A stretch of DNA of 64,000 bases from Bugula neritina (taxonomy: Eukaryota; Animalia; Bryozoa): positions 5,274,233 through 5,338,232 of the forward strand of contig OZ037772.1 of assembly GCA_964035545.1 (NCBI GenBank), in the 5' to 3' direction. Within the stretch, counting starts at the first letter, position 1; the number at the start of each line of letters is the position of its first letter. The notes beneath the pieces were generated by a model that saw nothing but the letters and a program-made list of their open reading frames with translations, was not told where the DNA came from and ran no database searches. This document shows, piece by piece, positions 27,101 through 40,900 of this stretch. The position numbers and the translations under genes were made by a program.

Positions 27101-29276
27101 TATCAGAAAACTATTTACAAAGGCTGAGAATGATGCTGACTAACTTTTTACTTGGGCTGAGAATTTATGAAAGCATTTATTCAGCAATACTTAAATGTTG
27201 TTAACCTTGGTGTTTTACATCTGATTTTTGAGCGACCAGTACTTGACACAATGGTAGTACAATTAGTAGAGTACTATGAATTAGATATCTAGATTTTGCC
27301 GTTATTGTGGTAATTTAAAACGGCTTTTAAATTTGTTTTTGCAATAGAAGACATACAATGAAAATGTAAAATCAAGTCACTTATGCCAAAGCTAAATATT
27401 TTGGAGTTGTGCTTTTTTGTGGCTAAAGGAAAACATAAGCTGTCAAGGTGGAAGCTTGATTAAACGAGGTAGGTGCAGTAATGGAGAAATTGAGAATAGC
27501 CTGTGTTCTAAATTAAAAATGTAGCATAAGAAGCTATGTTCTCACGCTAGAATTGTAACTAGCGCCCCAAAGCAAAAGTTAATAGTAAAATTAAAAAAAC
27601 TTCAACTATTTCGATTTCTCCGCTACTGCAACTAAATTCAACTAACACTAAAGCTGTATATGTTATTGTATGTCTAACAACACAAAGGCTATACATGCTC
27701 TGGTGTCTCTACTAACACCAAGGCTATATGTGTTATTGCAGTGGTCAAAAATTGTCCCGAACCCCCATCCATCCCATTTGCTGATCACGATGGACCTAAG
27801 CAGAATGAGTTTGCCCCCCACTCTCTGGTAACTTATGCGTGTAGATCTGGCTATGTAAGCGAAGGAGTGGCAATGGCTAGCTGCTTGCCTAGTGGATTGT
27901 GGGCGGGGCCATTAATGACTTGCAGAGGTAAATATTTGCCCATTGCCCATTGGCTTAGAACTGGTAAATCTACCATAGCATGTACTCTTGCAGATCTAGC
28001 TATGGGTTGTGGGTAACTTATGTGGCTGTAAAACATTTTTATAACCGAAGTTGTGTTTGGTGATTGTAACTTTAATAGCTAAATGGTTTTGGTGGTCTCA
28101 CTACAGGGTAAAACAGTAAAACGGCTGAAAGATACAAGCTTACAGCAATAAAAGTTGTAAGTTTTATAAATTGCCGAGATAATTTACTATATAGCACGTA
28201 AGTTGCTCATCTTTGTTTCACAGAGGACTCATGTTTGGACCTGGGTGCCTTAGTCAATGGTGTGAGGTATGGAGAATCTTTAACAGTTAATGCCAAGGTC
28301 AACTATGAATGCAAGAGAGGGTACAGGCTGGTGGGCTCTCCCACCCTTACTTGTCTGCGAGGTGGAACTTGGGATCACGACAAGCCAACTTGTCAGGTGT
28401 CGGGTAAGTAAGATCAGTTTCATATGCCCATTTCATTGCATTTAGGAGCAGCAGCGCAGAAATTTGGATAGCTTAAGTTCTTCAATTTTATTATTAGATC
28501 TTGGTTTGGGGTGCGGGTTGAAATTCTGGTGAGAACATAACTACTTATGCTACATTTTTAACCTAGAACACAGGCTTTTCTCAATTTCTCCATTACTGCA
28601 CCTACCTCATAAAACCGAAAAATTGCATTGTAAAACTTTGTTGCTAGATAATAGTACAGTTAGTAGTAGGAAACAGTGCCGTAGGTTATTTCACAATGCT
28701 AGATTTTTTTTTAATTTGAAATTGGAGCAAAATAATTAAATTAGTGCATCAGATAAATTCTTTTAGAAAATTCATAGAAAGTATCTTGATATATTCAGTG
28801 TCTACACTCTATAGTTAGAAATACTGATGACTGCCATGTCTTTTATACAATTAAATTTATCAATAAAGATGAATATATTTCATTAATCAGAATTATTTAT
28901 ATAAAAAAAGATTGTGATTGGCCAGTCACATAGAGTTAGTTTAAGAGAGTTACAAAAGCTACCAACGTCTACAAACCACAAAGAGACAAAAATGCATTTG
29001 GTTCTGAGCTAGAATGCACTTTAGAACCCAAATTGATAGCGAATAGCCATGGTTTGAATATATCTTTTGTGCAGCATTCAACACGTGTGAGAGATTGAGA
29101 GCTCCTAAGTACGGCAGCAGGTTGGGGAAGAAGCTGACAGTAGGCAGCGTGATGTCCTTTGTCTGCGACAGCGGATATAAACTGAGTGGTACTGCCAAGA
29201 GAATCTGCCAGCAGGATGGCACGTGGAGCGGGTCTCAGCCAGATTGTTCTCGTGAGTAGAAAGTTATATTTAGAAG

Positions 29277-29348
<72 letters not shown>

Positions 29349-32300
29349 TGTGTTTTCATTGCTTCGCATTATGCCAATGAATGCTTGTATAGATACAGCC
29401 ATGGATTTATGGTTGTGATTTCATTAGATGCGACTGTTTCCAAACATCAAATGAAAAATCTATTCGTATAAAGTGAAGCTTGGAAACATAGTGATATAAT
29501 ATAGCCTAAAAGGAATAATAACTCCGAGTTAAACAATAAATGCTCGTTGTTTGAGTAGAGATAACTATGAAGCAAATGATTTATTCGCTTTGTTGAGAAA
29601 CTAGTAGATGGGCAATACATAATGGTTATGCAAGAGAAAATAACTTCTCATTGAAAAGCTATATTCAGTGAGAAAGTCATTGTTAAAATAAAATATTTAA
29701 AAAGTTGTGACTTTGGCAGAACTTGAATAAGAGAATAAAAGATAAGGTGTGCATGGTAGGAGTTCATCTGCTATATGTTGGCAAATCAACGTCAAAAAAT
29801 ATTTCAGTTACATGTGTATTTGAGTCAGCGTAGGCAGCTCTACTCTGAAACAATGCATTGCATGATTTTGCTTTGACTGGAAAGTTTTAGAAAATTATGT
29901 TTGAACAGATCTATAAATTATGTTTCTAGCAGCCTGCTTTATAAGTCAGCTTAAGTTTTCTAAGAATTGTGTTGAATATTCTCTATTATTATGCTCTTCT
30001 CTCTCTTTTAGCTGTAGATTGTGGGGACCCAGGACATCTGTGGAATGGATATATTGAAGGAAAGAAGTTCACTTACAACTCTGTGATTAAATACATGTAA
30101 ATATTCTATTTAATTATTCTTATTTATATAAAACAAATATGTGTAATAAACTAAGTCTACTTGTTAACAGACTAGGAATTTGAATTCAGATTCAAAGTTG
30201 TTAGGCTAGTTTATAACTATTTGAAACAATTGGTTAATTTATTTATAGGGTTTTTATGACAGAATCAAGCTATTGTAAAATACCATTTAATATTGTACAA
30301 TTTTTTGCCCTCAATGGGATGCAAACTGCAGGCTTGCAAGCCAGTGTGCTAACCATTGCACCACAAGGGCTACTGGAAAATCTCAACATTACAAATATGA
30401 TATATCTATTTTGGTTGTATATATATTAAAGTATGATTAAAGCATAGCTATACTGTCATTGTATTTCATGTCCTGGACATGCATTACTATAGCTAAGATG
30501 TATATTCAGGTGTTTTGATGGAACAAAGTTTGACGGACTAGCGGTGATGGCTACTTGTGAGGCGAACGGCCAGTGGTCTTTCCCTCTTCCCAGATGTATG
30601 GGTAGGTTGTAGCTAGTCAGATTTATATAGATGTCAGCTTCTGTTGCTTCATGTTAAGGCTGTATTACATCTTTATATTCACTGTGTTTCTCATATGGAT
30701 CCGTACAAATGCTCGTAAGGATGGAATTGTGGTTGGTTTACATTAACCTGTGACCATAGTTTTATTCAACTGACCTGTTCCCAAATAACAAACTCACGAA
30801 AGTTTATAGTCGCTATTCCTGCGAGAAATCCCTGATAGAAAGGGTTTTTGTTAAAACGAGCTAAGGACTTATTTAAATGAGGCACAGGAGCAATTGAGAC
30901 TGAATGCTCTTCCTAACATCACAATGGCCTTTGTCCAGGATCGAACCCATGACCTCGTGTTTACTAGGCAAACGCTCTAACCCCTAGACCACGGCTGCTT
31001 CCTTGACCTGTTCCCAAATATTGAATAAAAAATCTATTCGAAAATGCGAAGCAATGTAAAGCAGTGACTCCAAGCCAAATCAATCAGAGTGTAAATATTC
31101 TTGTATATAAGATGTAAAGCGAAGTAGTAACAAGCTGTAATATGCAAGCATTGATGGAGGAGAATTGGACTGTCTCACACCTTATTATACACTGAGAGTA
31201 ACTACATTTTTAACTCATTTTACAGGAAGTTGCTCTCGGCCTGAGATCCTCCATGCTCAGTTGCTTTTAGAAGGAGGTAGAGGTGCACCTATCAGTATGG
31301 ACCACGGAACCAGTCTAACAGTGCAATGTAGTGCCGGGCTAGTGGTGAGCGACCCTGCAACTCCTGTGTGTAATAATGGGACGTGGAGCAGCCTCCCCAT
31401 ATGTGTACAAGGTGAAATATGATACACAGGCTATCATGTTTTAAAATGAATGACACGTTGCTAAAAGCTCATTTGATTGAAATATTTATTATTAAAACAC
31501 CTAGTCATCTTTTCATACTAACTTTAAATTTATTGATATACTATTTATTTAAATTTAGGACTGGTATTTCACTAGCATAAATAACATAGACCAATCAGTT
31601 AAAAAGAGAAACGAAATTTAAACAGTGCTTTTAAGCAATTTCAAATGCCCACAAGTTCTTAACCAGAAGTCTATGTTTTAAAGGAGTTAATATTTATTAT
31701 AAAATCTCTATGATTTTATATTTGAAACAATTAGATTAAAAATCTTGAATTGCAATCGTTTAAATTTATTCCTGCCGGTTGTTTCAGGAGGCTGTGATCA
31801 CAGACCAAAGGAGATATCTAATGGCATGGCCCTGTACAGAGGAACAAAGTACGGAGATCGTGTGCGGTACAAGTGTAATGCCGGATACAAACTCGTTGGA
31901 GACACGTTCCTTACCTGTCGCAATGGCAGGTGGGAAGGAACTGTACCAGAATGCAAAGCTGGTGAGTAGCCAATCACGGTCAACATGACTGTTTGAGAAA
32001 CTTACGTAGAACTAGAAGAAGTATACTGTTTCAACTTTCTTACGACTGTTAATTATGCTATAATTGCTTTATTTCACGTCAATAATCATTGTAACAATAA
32101 ACATTGCTCTACCTCCATTAATTATATCATACTAAAATACTTGTTTTTATATGATGTTATCAGTTGACAACTTTTTTATTGCTGTTTTAAAATCTTGCAT
32201 ATATATACAAGCATGTTAAATGGCATTTTTCATATTGCCAGATCTGCTAATATTTGAATTTTATTTTAATATATATTTCAACTTTATTATTTTAGGATTA

Positions 32301-33711
32301 ATTTTACTACTTGTTTTCAGATAAGAAATACATCGTGTTTCAGTATTTTGGCATTCATTTTCTTCACATTATTTATAAATTGTTTGTTTATTCAGTGTAC
32401 TGCCCCCACCCTGGTGAATTGACCAATGGGAAAGTGCTGTTAGTCGGAAACATCGGTAAATTTGAGTATCGCCCCTATATAAGACTACCGGGTCAAAGTG
32501 AGCAAATAGTCTACTACTGCAGCACAGGATACAGGTGTGTAGCGCTCTCAATTTAACTCTTTTCAAACTTGTTATTTTTAACAGCGAACTTGAAATTGTA
32601 GCCAAGTTCAAAAATAGTCTGAAATTCTAATCTTTCTAGCTTGGTGTGATGTATGAGGCACATGTAACAACCTGGGTCCACCTTAGACAAATTTATGACG
32701 TAATATTTCAACTGTTTTAACTTCTGAAGTTTCCATAAAAATATTCTCAAATAAATACACTACATGGCCTTTAGCTTACTATAAAATCAGTCATACTCTA
32801 AACTCGGCCTACTCCATTCACAGTCAATTACTATAAACACAGTGAAACTCTTAACCCAATAATACTCTTAACTCACCTGTACTCTAAACTCAGTTATAGT
32901 CTAAACACAGTCATACTGTGAGTGCACCCAGTAATATGCTGTCTATCTTATGACAGGGTGTTTGATCATGGACAGAGAGTAGCACACTACTGCTCTCCAG
33001 GGTTTTGGTAAGGTCACATGACCTATAGCTTTCTATATTGTAAGCAATGATTGGATGTGTTTATGGAACTCAAAGTCAATGTTTTGGCAGAGCGTCAATC
33101 AAATTTGCTGAAGTCTTTTTTGCAATAATCACAGCTTTACAGTAATGCTTGATGAGTTCAACTGCTGTTGTAAAGTCATATTATTTGCTGAGTTTCAAAG
33201 ATATGGCGTCTATTTTAATAAAATATTAGGCAGCGACTGAAAGTTGAAAAATTAACAATAATAATGCAGTAAATTTATTGTCTATCATGGTAATTATAAA
33301 ACTAATAGCCACTCAGTTATATGATGTGTTGTAATGATTTCAATTGTGAAGCAGAAGGAGAGCATAAGAATATATTTTCCAAGCCGATTTAAAAAATACA
33401 TAGTTCAATTGCCAAATGATGAACTTTTTAGACATTTTCAATTGATCAATTGGTTCAAGCTAAAAAATATACATTATTGATACAGTTTATTTTTGGTTTT
33501 TAATATAAACTCCAACCACTGATGGACTACTAACCACGCATATACTTTTACTGGTACAATACATTACTTAGGAGTTGTCTGCTATTTTAGGCTGGAAGGA
33601 CCTTCGGCTGCGACATGTATAAACGGCATGTGGTCACCAGATACCAGACCTAAGTGTGTGGACAACCAACACCCTATGCTACCAAAGACACAGGAGCTGT
33701 TCACCACATAG
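18159..33711 (+). CDS. lev-9: Secreted WAP + 8 CCP/sushi-domain protein, LEV-9/Hasp-like synaptic scaffold (~608 aa)
   Basis: 13 phase-consistent GT-AG exons: 18159-18243 (signal peptide MARLANIFICAAVTACLSILLTHA), 25725-25871 (WAP: CPRK...CKKACTQNSDC...KCVCDDVCGLTC), 26172-26296, 26476-26605, 27742-27927, 28224-28403, 29075-29251, 30012-30096, 30510-30601, 31226-31411, 31788-31961, 32396-32534, 33591-33711 (TAG). Total 1827 nt with eight C..G..Y.C..GY...G.....C....W....P.C modules. Confidence 0.88.
18805..18958 (+). repeat. Repeat family A copy (lev-9-like intron 1)
   Basis: gaggcaggtgcagtgatggacaaattgagaaaagcctgtgttctagatt...ctcctaaat. Confidence 0.8.
20805..21191. mobile_element. Foldback MITE with long TIRs (family P)
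   Basis: (G)TCATTTTACTTAATTTAGTACACACTGGATAT... / ...ATATCCAGTGTGTACTAAATTAAGTAAAATGACCC; AGAT on both flanks; arms pair over >100 bp; second copy at 37611-38030. Confidence 0.85.
27466..27637 (+). repeat. Repeat family A copy
   Basis: gaggtaggtgcagtaatggagaaattgagaatagcctgtgttctaaatt... Confidence 0.8.
28440..28609 (-). repeat. Repeat family A copy (inverted)
   Basis: ctagaacacaggcttttctcaatttctccattactgcacctacctc is the reverse complement of the family head. Confidence 0.8.
29278..29347. repeat. (TA)n microsatellite
   Basis: Direct reading. Confidence 0.97.
30788..31003 (-). mobile_element. Full-length tRNA-derived SINE (~216 bp) with 17-bp TSD
   Basis: Minus-strand head GCAGCCGTGGTCTAGGGGTTAGAGCG...CTAGTAAAC...GGGTTCGATCC (A/B boxes, Thr-AGT-like loop); TGACCTGTTCCCAAATA repeated at 30771-30787 and 31004-31020. 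Confidence 0.85.
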
Positions 33712-34979
33712 TCTTTGCGAATGAGTCATGGTTGACATCAGACAATCAATGTGTTACTTAGCAACTGATGTGTTTATCTGTTGCTAAGCGACCGGAGACA
33801 TACTTGTTTATTTTACCTAGCAACTGTTCAGCCAATGCAGGCTACATTTCTATATTACTAAGCTCTCATGTGATAATTGTGTGGGAAGATATTCATTTAT
33901 TTATTTAACTATCTATATTATACTACATTCCATACACGATATCATATAACTTGTGCATGAGTAGCTAGAATGCAAATTTCCTCTATAACCAGATAAACCG
34001 AATGCACCCATTTTTAGGCCACACCACATTAACACTGCATCAATGCTCATTTACACGGTGGTTTGAAAAATATGAATATTTATTTCCTTTTTATTAGATT
34101 TTCGTTGGAAGTTGTTGTTTCTCTTATTATTTGGTGAAATATTGTTATCAATATTTCAGTTTTATGCAACTTGATATGGTTGATGTAAGCTCGTATAATT
34201 ACAAGTGTTTTATTCTATATATATAACTAGCACTCAACAATCTTGTATTTATACTACAACTTGTATATATTTTGTTACTAATACCTACGCAGTATAACGC
34301 TGATATATAATAAAATTCACAAATTATATTTTATTGATTAACAATATTTTTTTGTTTACTTTTTGGTAGAAAGTACAAAATTCAATGCTTGTGCTTTCAT
34401 ATCCAGTGTTAAGACTTGTTGAAACACCTTCAGAGTGGATAATCACATTACTAATAGGGACAAGTATATTTATCACTTTATTTTAGAGCAAGTAACAGCT
34501 ATAGCAAGCAAATTATTGTAAATATTATTATGAATATGATCAACAAATAAATTCATCAGTTTAAAACACTATGTATTTCATATTTATTGGACATAAGTAG
34601 ATGAATAAATAAATTTACTACAGAGATTTCTAAAAAATAAAGCCTTCCCAATAAGAAGTCACTTCATATTTTCAATATCAATTTAAAGTTCTTGTGAAGT
34701 TGGATAATGAGTAGAGTTATTTTAAGTAGCGTAGAAGATAATTATAGCACCAGTTGCTGTTATCAGCAGCAAAACAGGAAAGACTAGTAAACACAGCTTT
34801 CTGCAGAAAACATCTGAGAGCTACAATCTGCAATAGAACGTTCCAGTACTTTTCCGAGCAGGAAATGTAAGATATGGCTGGGATTGTAGAGAAATACAAA
34901 TGCACTGCCAAACATTGGAACGGTCGTGAAAGGGAGCATTGACCTGCGGAATGACGTAGTGTAGAGATCAGTTACAGGG

Positions 34980-37900
34980 TCACAGTTCGTCTTTCCCCGA
35001 GGGGTTGAACCCCCAAAAACTAACGGGAAGCTGTTTGGCACGGCGCTCTCTTGTGGCAAAGGCAGAGAAAGTAGAAATGCAGTTCCCAATAAAGTGATCT
35101 GATTGGCCTAATATGGCAAGGTCAAGATGTGGGTCATCCTCTGTCAGCCAATGATATGACACCTGAAACATGATTGGCTACAGTTAGTTATTCAAGTTGA
35201 GGAATTAAAAGTGATACTATTGTATATACAAGCCCATCAACAGCATAGAATCGGCATCATGCTTTATAAAAGACACGGTGTTCTATGAATAGTAACGGTA
35301 TTCTAAGTATAACCCTAGTATTCTAAATATAACCCTAGTATTCTAAATATAACCCTAGTATTCTAAATATAACCCTAGTATTCTAAATATAACCCTAGTA
35401 TTCTAAATATAACCCTAGTATTCTAAGTATAACCCTAGTATTCTAAGTATAACCCTAGTATTCTAAATATAACCCTAGTATTCTAAATATAACCCTAGTA
35501 TTCTAAGTATAACCCTAGTATTCTAAGTATAACCCTAGTATTCTAAATATAACCCTAGTATTCTAAGTATAACCCTAGTATTCTAAGTATAACCCTAGTA
35601 TTCTAAGTATAACCCTAGTATTCTAAGTATAACCCTAGTATTCTAAATATAACCCTAGTATTCTAAGTATAACCCTAGTATTCTAAGTATAACCCTAGTA
35701 TTCTAAGTATAACCCTAGTATTCTAAGTATAACCCTAGTATTCTAAATATAACCCTAGTATTCTAAGTATAACCCTAGTATTCTAAGTATAACCCTAGTA
35801 TTCTAAGTATAACCCTAGTATTCTAAGTATAACCCTAGTATTCTAAGTATAACCCTAGTATTCTAAATATAACCCTAGTATTCTAAGTATAACCCTAGTA
35901 TTCTAAGTATAACCCTAGTATTCTAAGTATAACCCTAGCATTCTAAATATAATCTTAGTATTCTAAGTATAGCAAACGGAGCGAAAACATGGCCAGTGAC
36001 TGATTACCTTGCTGAGAGAGTGAGCGTATGTGAAATGAGAATGCTATGCTACTGCCTGGGAATTATTCTTGAAGAGCACAAGACCAACCAAAGCATAAGG
36101 CAAGAAGTGAAAGTAATGAGTGTGTTAGAACTGATGAGAAGAAGAAAGTTTCAGTGGTTTGGACATATATTATGCAGAAGAGAGAAAAAGGATGATATCA
36201 GAAGAGTGCATAAGATGAAAGTTGCAGGAAAGAGAAACCGGGGACATTCAAAGCATAGATGACATGATACTATCAGAAAAGACCTCCAATCCTGTTCCCT
36301 CAACGAAATGGACACTCAGGACAGGGCTAGATGGAGAAGCCTAATTGAGCTAGACCTCTGGCAGCCACCTGTTAAGATAGGTGAGAATTCTAAGTATAGC
36401 AATAGTATCCTAAAAATAGCCCTATTATTCCAAGTATAGGCCAAATCATGCTGTGTATTCAGTGTTATAGACACTTTGAAATATTAACAAATTCCTGTAC
36501 ATACTTCTACTGTACAATGTAAGTGCATAGCTGACATAAAACAAATATAAATGTCTAACAAGAATATCATAGTTAAAAATATTTGAAACTCAATCCAATC
36601 TAAATTGCATCGATTTAACCAGAAAACATAAAAGAAACATACATTGAAAAAGAAAAAAAATTTCAACTTGAATATATACAATAACATTACCTGAACTGTG
36701 GCATTCTAAAACATATTTATTATGGCAAATCAGGGAGTTACCCCCTCAAAAGTGGATAAATATTGAAATAAATGCATTCCGCTGCTACAATGTTGAGCAG
36801 CAGAAGCTAAGGAAAGACTAGCTGATGCAGCCGTCACTATGCAATACAACTCAACTGGTAGAAAGATTCGAATAGTAGAGTTTAAACGCAGCAGACTGGA
36901 ATTGCTCAGAAAGAATACAACTACTGACAGAATTATTAGGAACGCAGTAACTATCTAATATATTTCTGATGTCCATCAAACCCTATATTAAATGTCTTAC
37001 GCAGCCTGTTATAGGACTTGGGATTAGCATAGAAGTTACTGGATGGCAAATTAATTAACAGAGAAGCATCTGGAAAACTTAACCTTACATATTCAACCTT
37101 ACATATTCAACCTTACATAATGAATTCACACAGGCTTCTTGTTACATAAGGAGTTGTGCCAGGCATATGTGGAAAATACTGAGACTTCTAACAAATTGAA
37201 AGACTTTTAACACCAGATTATATATTTTAATGTGTGAACTAACAATTGTAACCCTATATACACTCTGTTCCCATTGCTTCGAATAGATCCATACTGATCG
37301 ATTTGTGGCTGCTGTTTGCATTAACTTTGGTTTGATAAAACTTTTTCCAATCATCAAATGAAAAAATCCATTCACAAAATTCAAAGCAATGGGAACGTAG
37401 TGATAACCACCCTGCCATAGCACAGCTATACTCTAGCTAGATATAGTACATATAGCAAGTGCTATACTGCTATATTATATATAGCAGTGAGTGTTCTAAT
37501 GATACAGGAACAATAAAGACACACAAACCAATTGTTCTCTGTCTAATCTCAAGGCAAATAGAAGACATCTGATTAATATTCAAGTTTACTAGAATGTTAT
37601 ATAGCATAAAGGGTCATTTTACTTTATTTAGTACACATCAGCAAACTACGACCAAAAACTAAAGTTAGCTTGAAATTTATAAAAAATTACTATATGGGTA
37701 CATTTATGTGCTGATTCTTACAATGGATAACACAAAATAAAGCTGAGAGAGAGTTCAGCAACATTAAAACGCAATGTGAGCAGAGCTAAATTTATATATG
37801 TGCAGACATCAGGGTCCGCACATACTAATTTACTAAAAACAGGAAAAAACATAAAAAATCAAGAAACAAATTAGCAAGACCTTAATTAGAAAAACGTTAG

Positions 37901-40900
37901 TTATTTAGTTGTATTTGTTGATATTTTATTAGTTTAGGGCAATATTTATCAAATACATTAGCAGCTAAAGTGTGAAAAATTGCTAAGAACTAGAGATATC
38001 GAGTGTGTACTAAATTAAGTAAATTGACCCGTGTATAGTGTTTAGCTGGCAAGATATCATAAAGGAACTATGGAGATATACAAACCTATTATTTTAGGTT
38101 TGATCTCAAAGCAAAGAAAGCTGGTTGATACTAAAGTTCACTCAGTACAAGGAATACTGTAGAATCCTACATTGCATATAATATTCAAGGAATGCTCTAG
38201 TTGAAACCTACCGACAGCTTCTTCAGAGCGGCAGCGATGTCTAAGTCATAGCGCTGACTGTCACGAGCTAGAAACACGCTCTTAGCTTTGGTTCTGTGAA
38301 TAAGTTTAGTAAGCTGGCGGGTGACTGTGTCCACGTCCGGCATACACATAGTCTGTAAACACAAGGGGACCCTAGAGCACACGCCCCGCAATGTGCACAA
38401 AGTTGATGTGAAAACCTATGGCTATGTCAATTTGAACAGACATAGTAACCACAATAGAGAGTCTAATACCTTCTTTATATTGTGTAAGCTGCAGAGCAAA
38501 CATTTAGCAGAAATGTAGAGTGGATAATTCCTAAATATGAGACAAATTGCCTCATTGGTTACAATCACGACTATCTTTTTAGGTAATTGGGCTTAGTTTA
38601 TCCTTCTTATGATAACGACGAAATAAAAAACAATAACATGAAATCAAAAATGGCCCTAAAGATGAGGTAAACAGATATGAATGACATTTCAGGTAACTTA
38701 GCAGCTCAAAACCTGAACTTTTATTTCAACGTCACCAGAATTCTAAATTTTGATCCAACTTTTAGCATAGACTGAGTGGGTAGAATATCACCTTATTTTA
38801 CTACACTATTACATAGGTAGATTAGGTACACTGTTACATAAGTCTGCTATTACATGGGTACACTATTACATAGGTAAACTGCTACATAAGTACACTATCA
38901 CATAGGTACGCTGTTATATAGGTACATTACACAGCCACACCATTACATAGGCACACTGTTACAGCTAAGATACTGTAGAATGGTAAAATTCCAAACATAT
39001 TATTTATAATCAATCAAATTCCCTCTGTTTTTGTCTCTCTAAACAAATTACAGTCTTAACGGGAAAAGTTATCAATTATAGATAATAAATTTACTCCATG
39101 TAATTATTTCTGCAAAAATAAAATAACGCCGCAAAAAACTATTATTCTGAGGAAATGACGAAACAATCCGAATTTTAGACCATTCCTTACCCCATACAGA
39201 GTAAAATATGTTGTATCTGTATGTGTACACAAAACACCAGATAGAGTTAAAACATCGAACATCTGAGAGCTAAGGGTATAAATCTCACCTCTGTAAGCGT
39301 CCCGTACTCAAACTTAGTTCCTAGACACTGACGGGATGCGAAGAGATGAGTTCGGCCATTGAGGTCTAGATGCTTACAGACATTGCTCTACAATACACAA
39401 TAATAACGCTTGAAGAGGTCAGTGCTTACATATATCAATCTACAAAACATTAATATTAATGTAAAAAGAAAGCTGATATTACAAAAAGAATTAATTATGG
39501 AACTTGAAGCTAAGGAGCTGCCTCACCAGGATTTAGGTAAACACAAAACACAAGCGCTGAGAGTAGAACAGTTAAATTAGAACTGGGTGGTAATTTCAGA
39601 ACATTACCAACTAATGAATTTACTGATTGGGGCAAAATTCAAACAAAAAACAATCTTTCCTCAAAAATTGCCAATAATTACACATTCATTTTACAAACTT
39701 TAGCTGCATATAACACTACAGTAAGTTTAGTTTACGATAGTATTTGCATTGACACTAATGTACTATACACTAACCCAATCTGAACCAATTCGCAGATGAA
39801 TTCCAATGAAAGGTTTGGACAGGTGCTTGTTTATGACAGCTTGTGCAGAGCTAGAAATGACATCAGACCAGACAAGGTGCTTGTGTAGCTTAGCATCTTC
39901 ATCTGACACTGGGAAGTTGGCAGGGGCACCTGTGAATGCCAGAACTGGCCAATCATTTGCTGGATATCTACAAATAACAGGTGCTTCTGATCCCAACATG
40001 ATACTAACTTTCCTTTGCATTTAGTCCATTAAACGGAACTTAAAATTGTAATATTCTATAACGGAACAAATTTAAACAACCTATAATTTATAGAGAAAGC
40101 TTAAAAATAGTTTTCCCAGTTAAATCAGATGCCTCTAAGGATAAGTTAAGACTGATAATCGGTATATGCTTCTAATAGTAATTGAAAAGCTACTAACTGA
40201 AAAAAAGAAAATGAACAGCAATTTGTTTTGCAGTAAACTGAAAACATAGAAACAAAATGCAGCATAATTAGCTATTATACAGATACTCCTCCCACAAACC
40301 TTGACCTCCACGCACTCCGGTCACTCTCTGTGTATGAGAGAGGTCCGTAGAACTCACTGCGATCAAAGTCTATATCAAAAGCATTCCAAAAAGGACCGAA
40401 AGGATTTCCTTCCTTAGCATTGCAGGAGTTGGGTTCACTCGACTCGAACATGTCCCTGGGTCCGTGACAGAACACTAGTAAACAGTTTATAAAAACGATA
40501 ACAATTATGTGTGTTGGTGTTAGTTATTGGAGACTAACAAAGGGAAGGTATAGAAGAATTGGTGAATCAGTCACACTATATTATTACTAGAGAACCAAAT
40601 GAGTGAAAGAGGTTAAATAAAAATTGATAAAATGAATTATGCTATTTTGAATAAAGGCATGCAAACTTGTAATAAAATGTCTTTTAATGCAGGATTAAGA
40701 AATTTAAGTAATCTTTGACCATCATTACAAAAGTTAATTCTATGAGATGAGAATTAGGCAAAGTTTCCAAATCTAAAAACATATCATTACAACATGAATG
40801 GCAGTTTTAAAATATGTTTTGTATCCATGTATTGCTAAATCCACTTAGGGTAGGGTCAACATTTCAGGAGAAAATGAGCAAAGTACAAGCTTACCAAAAA

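Noticed and set aside
35298-35970. CRISPR-like regular array (also 56525-57037)
   Set aside because: Head-to-tail units with no unique spacers, no cas genes, and a eukaryotic intron context: minisatellites.
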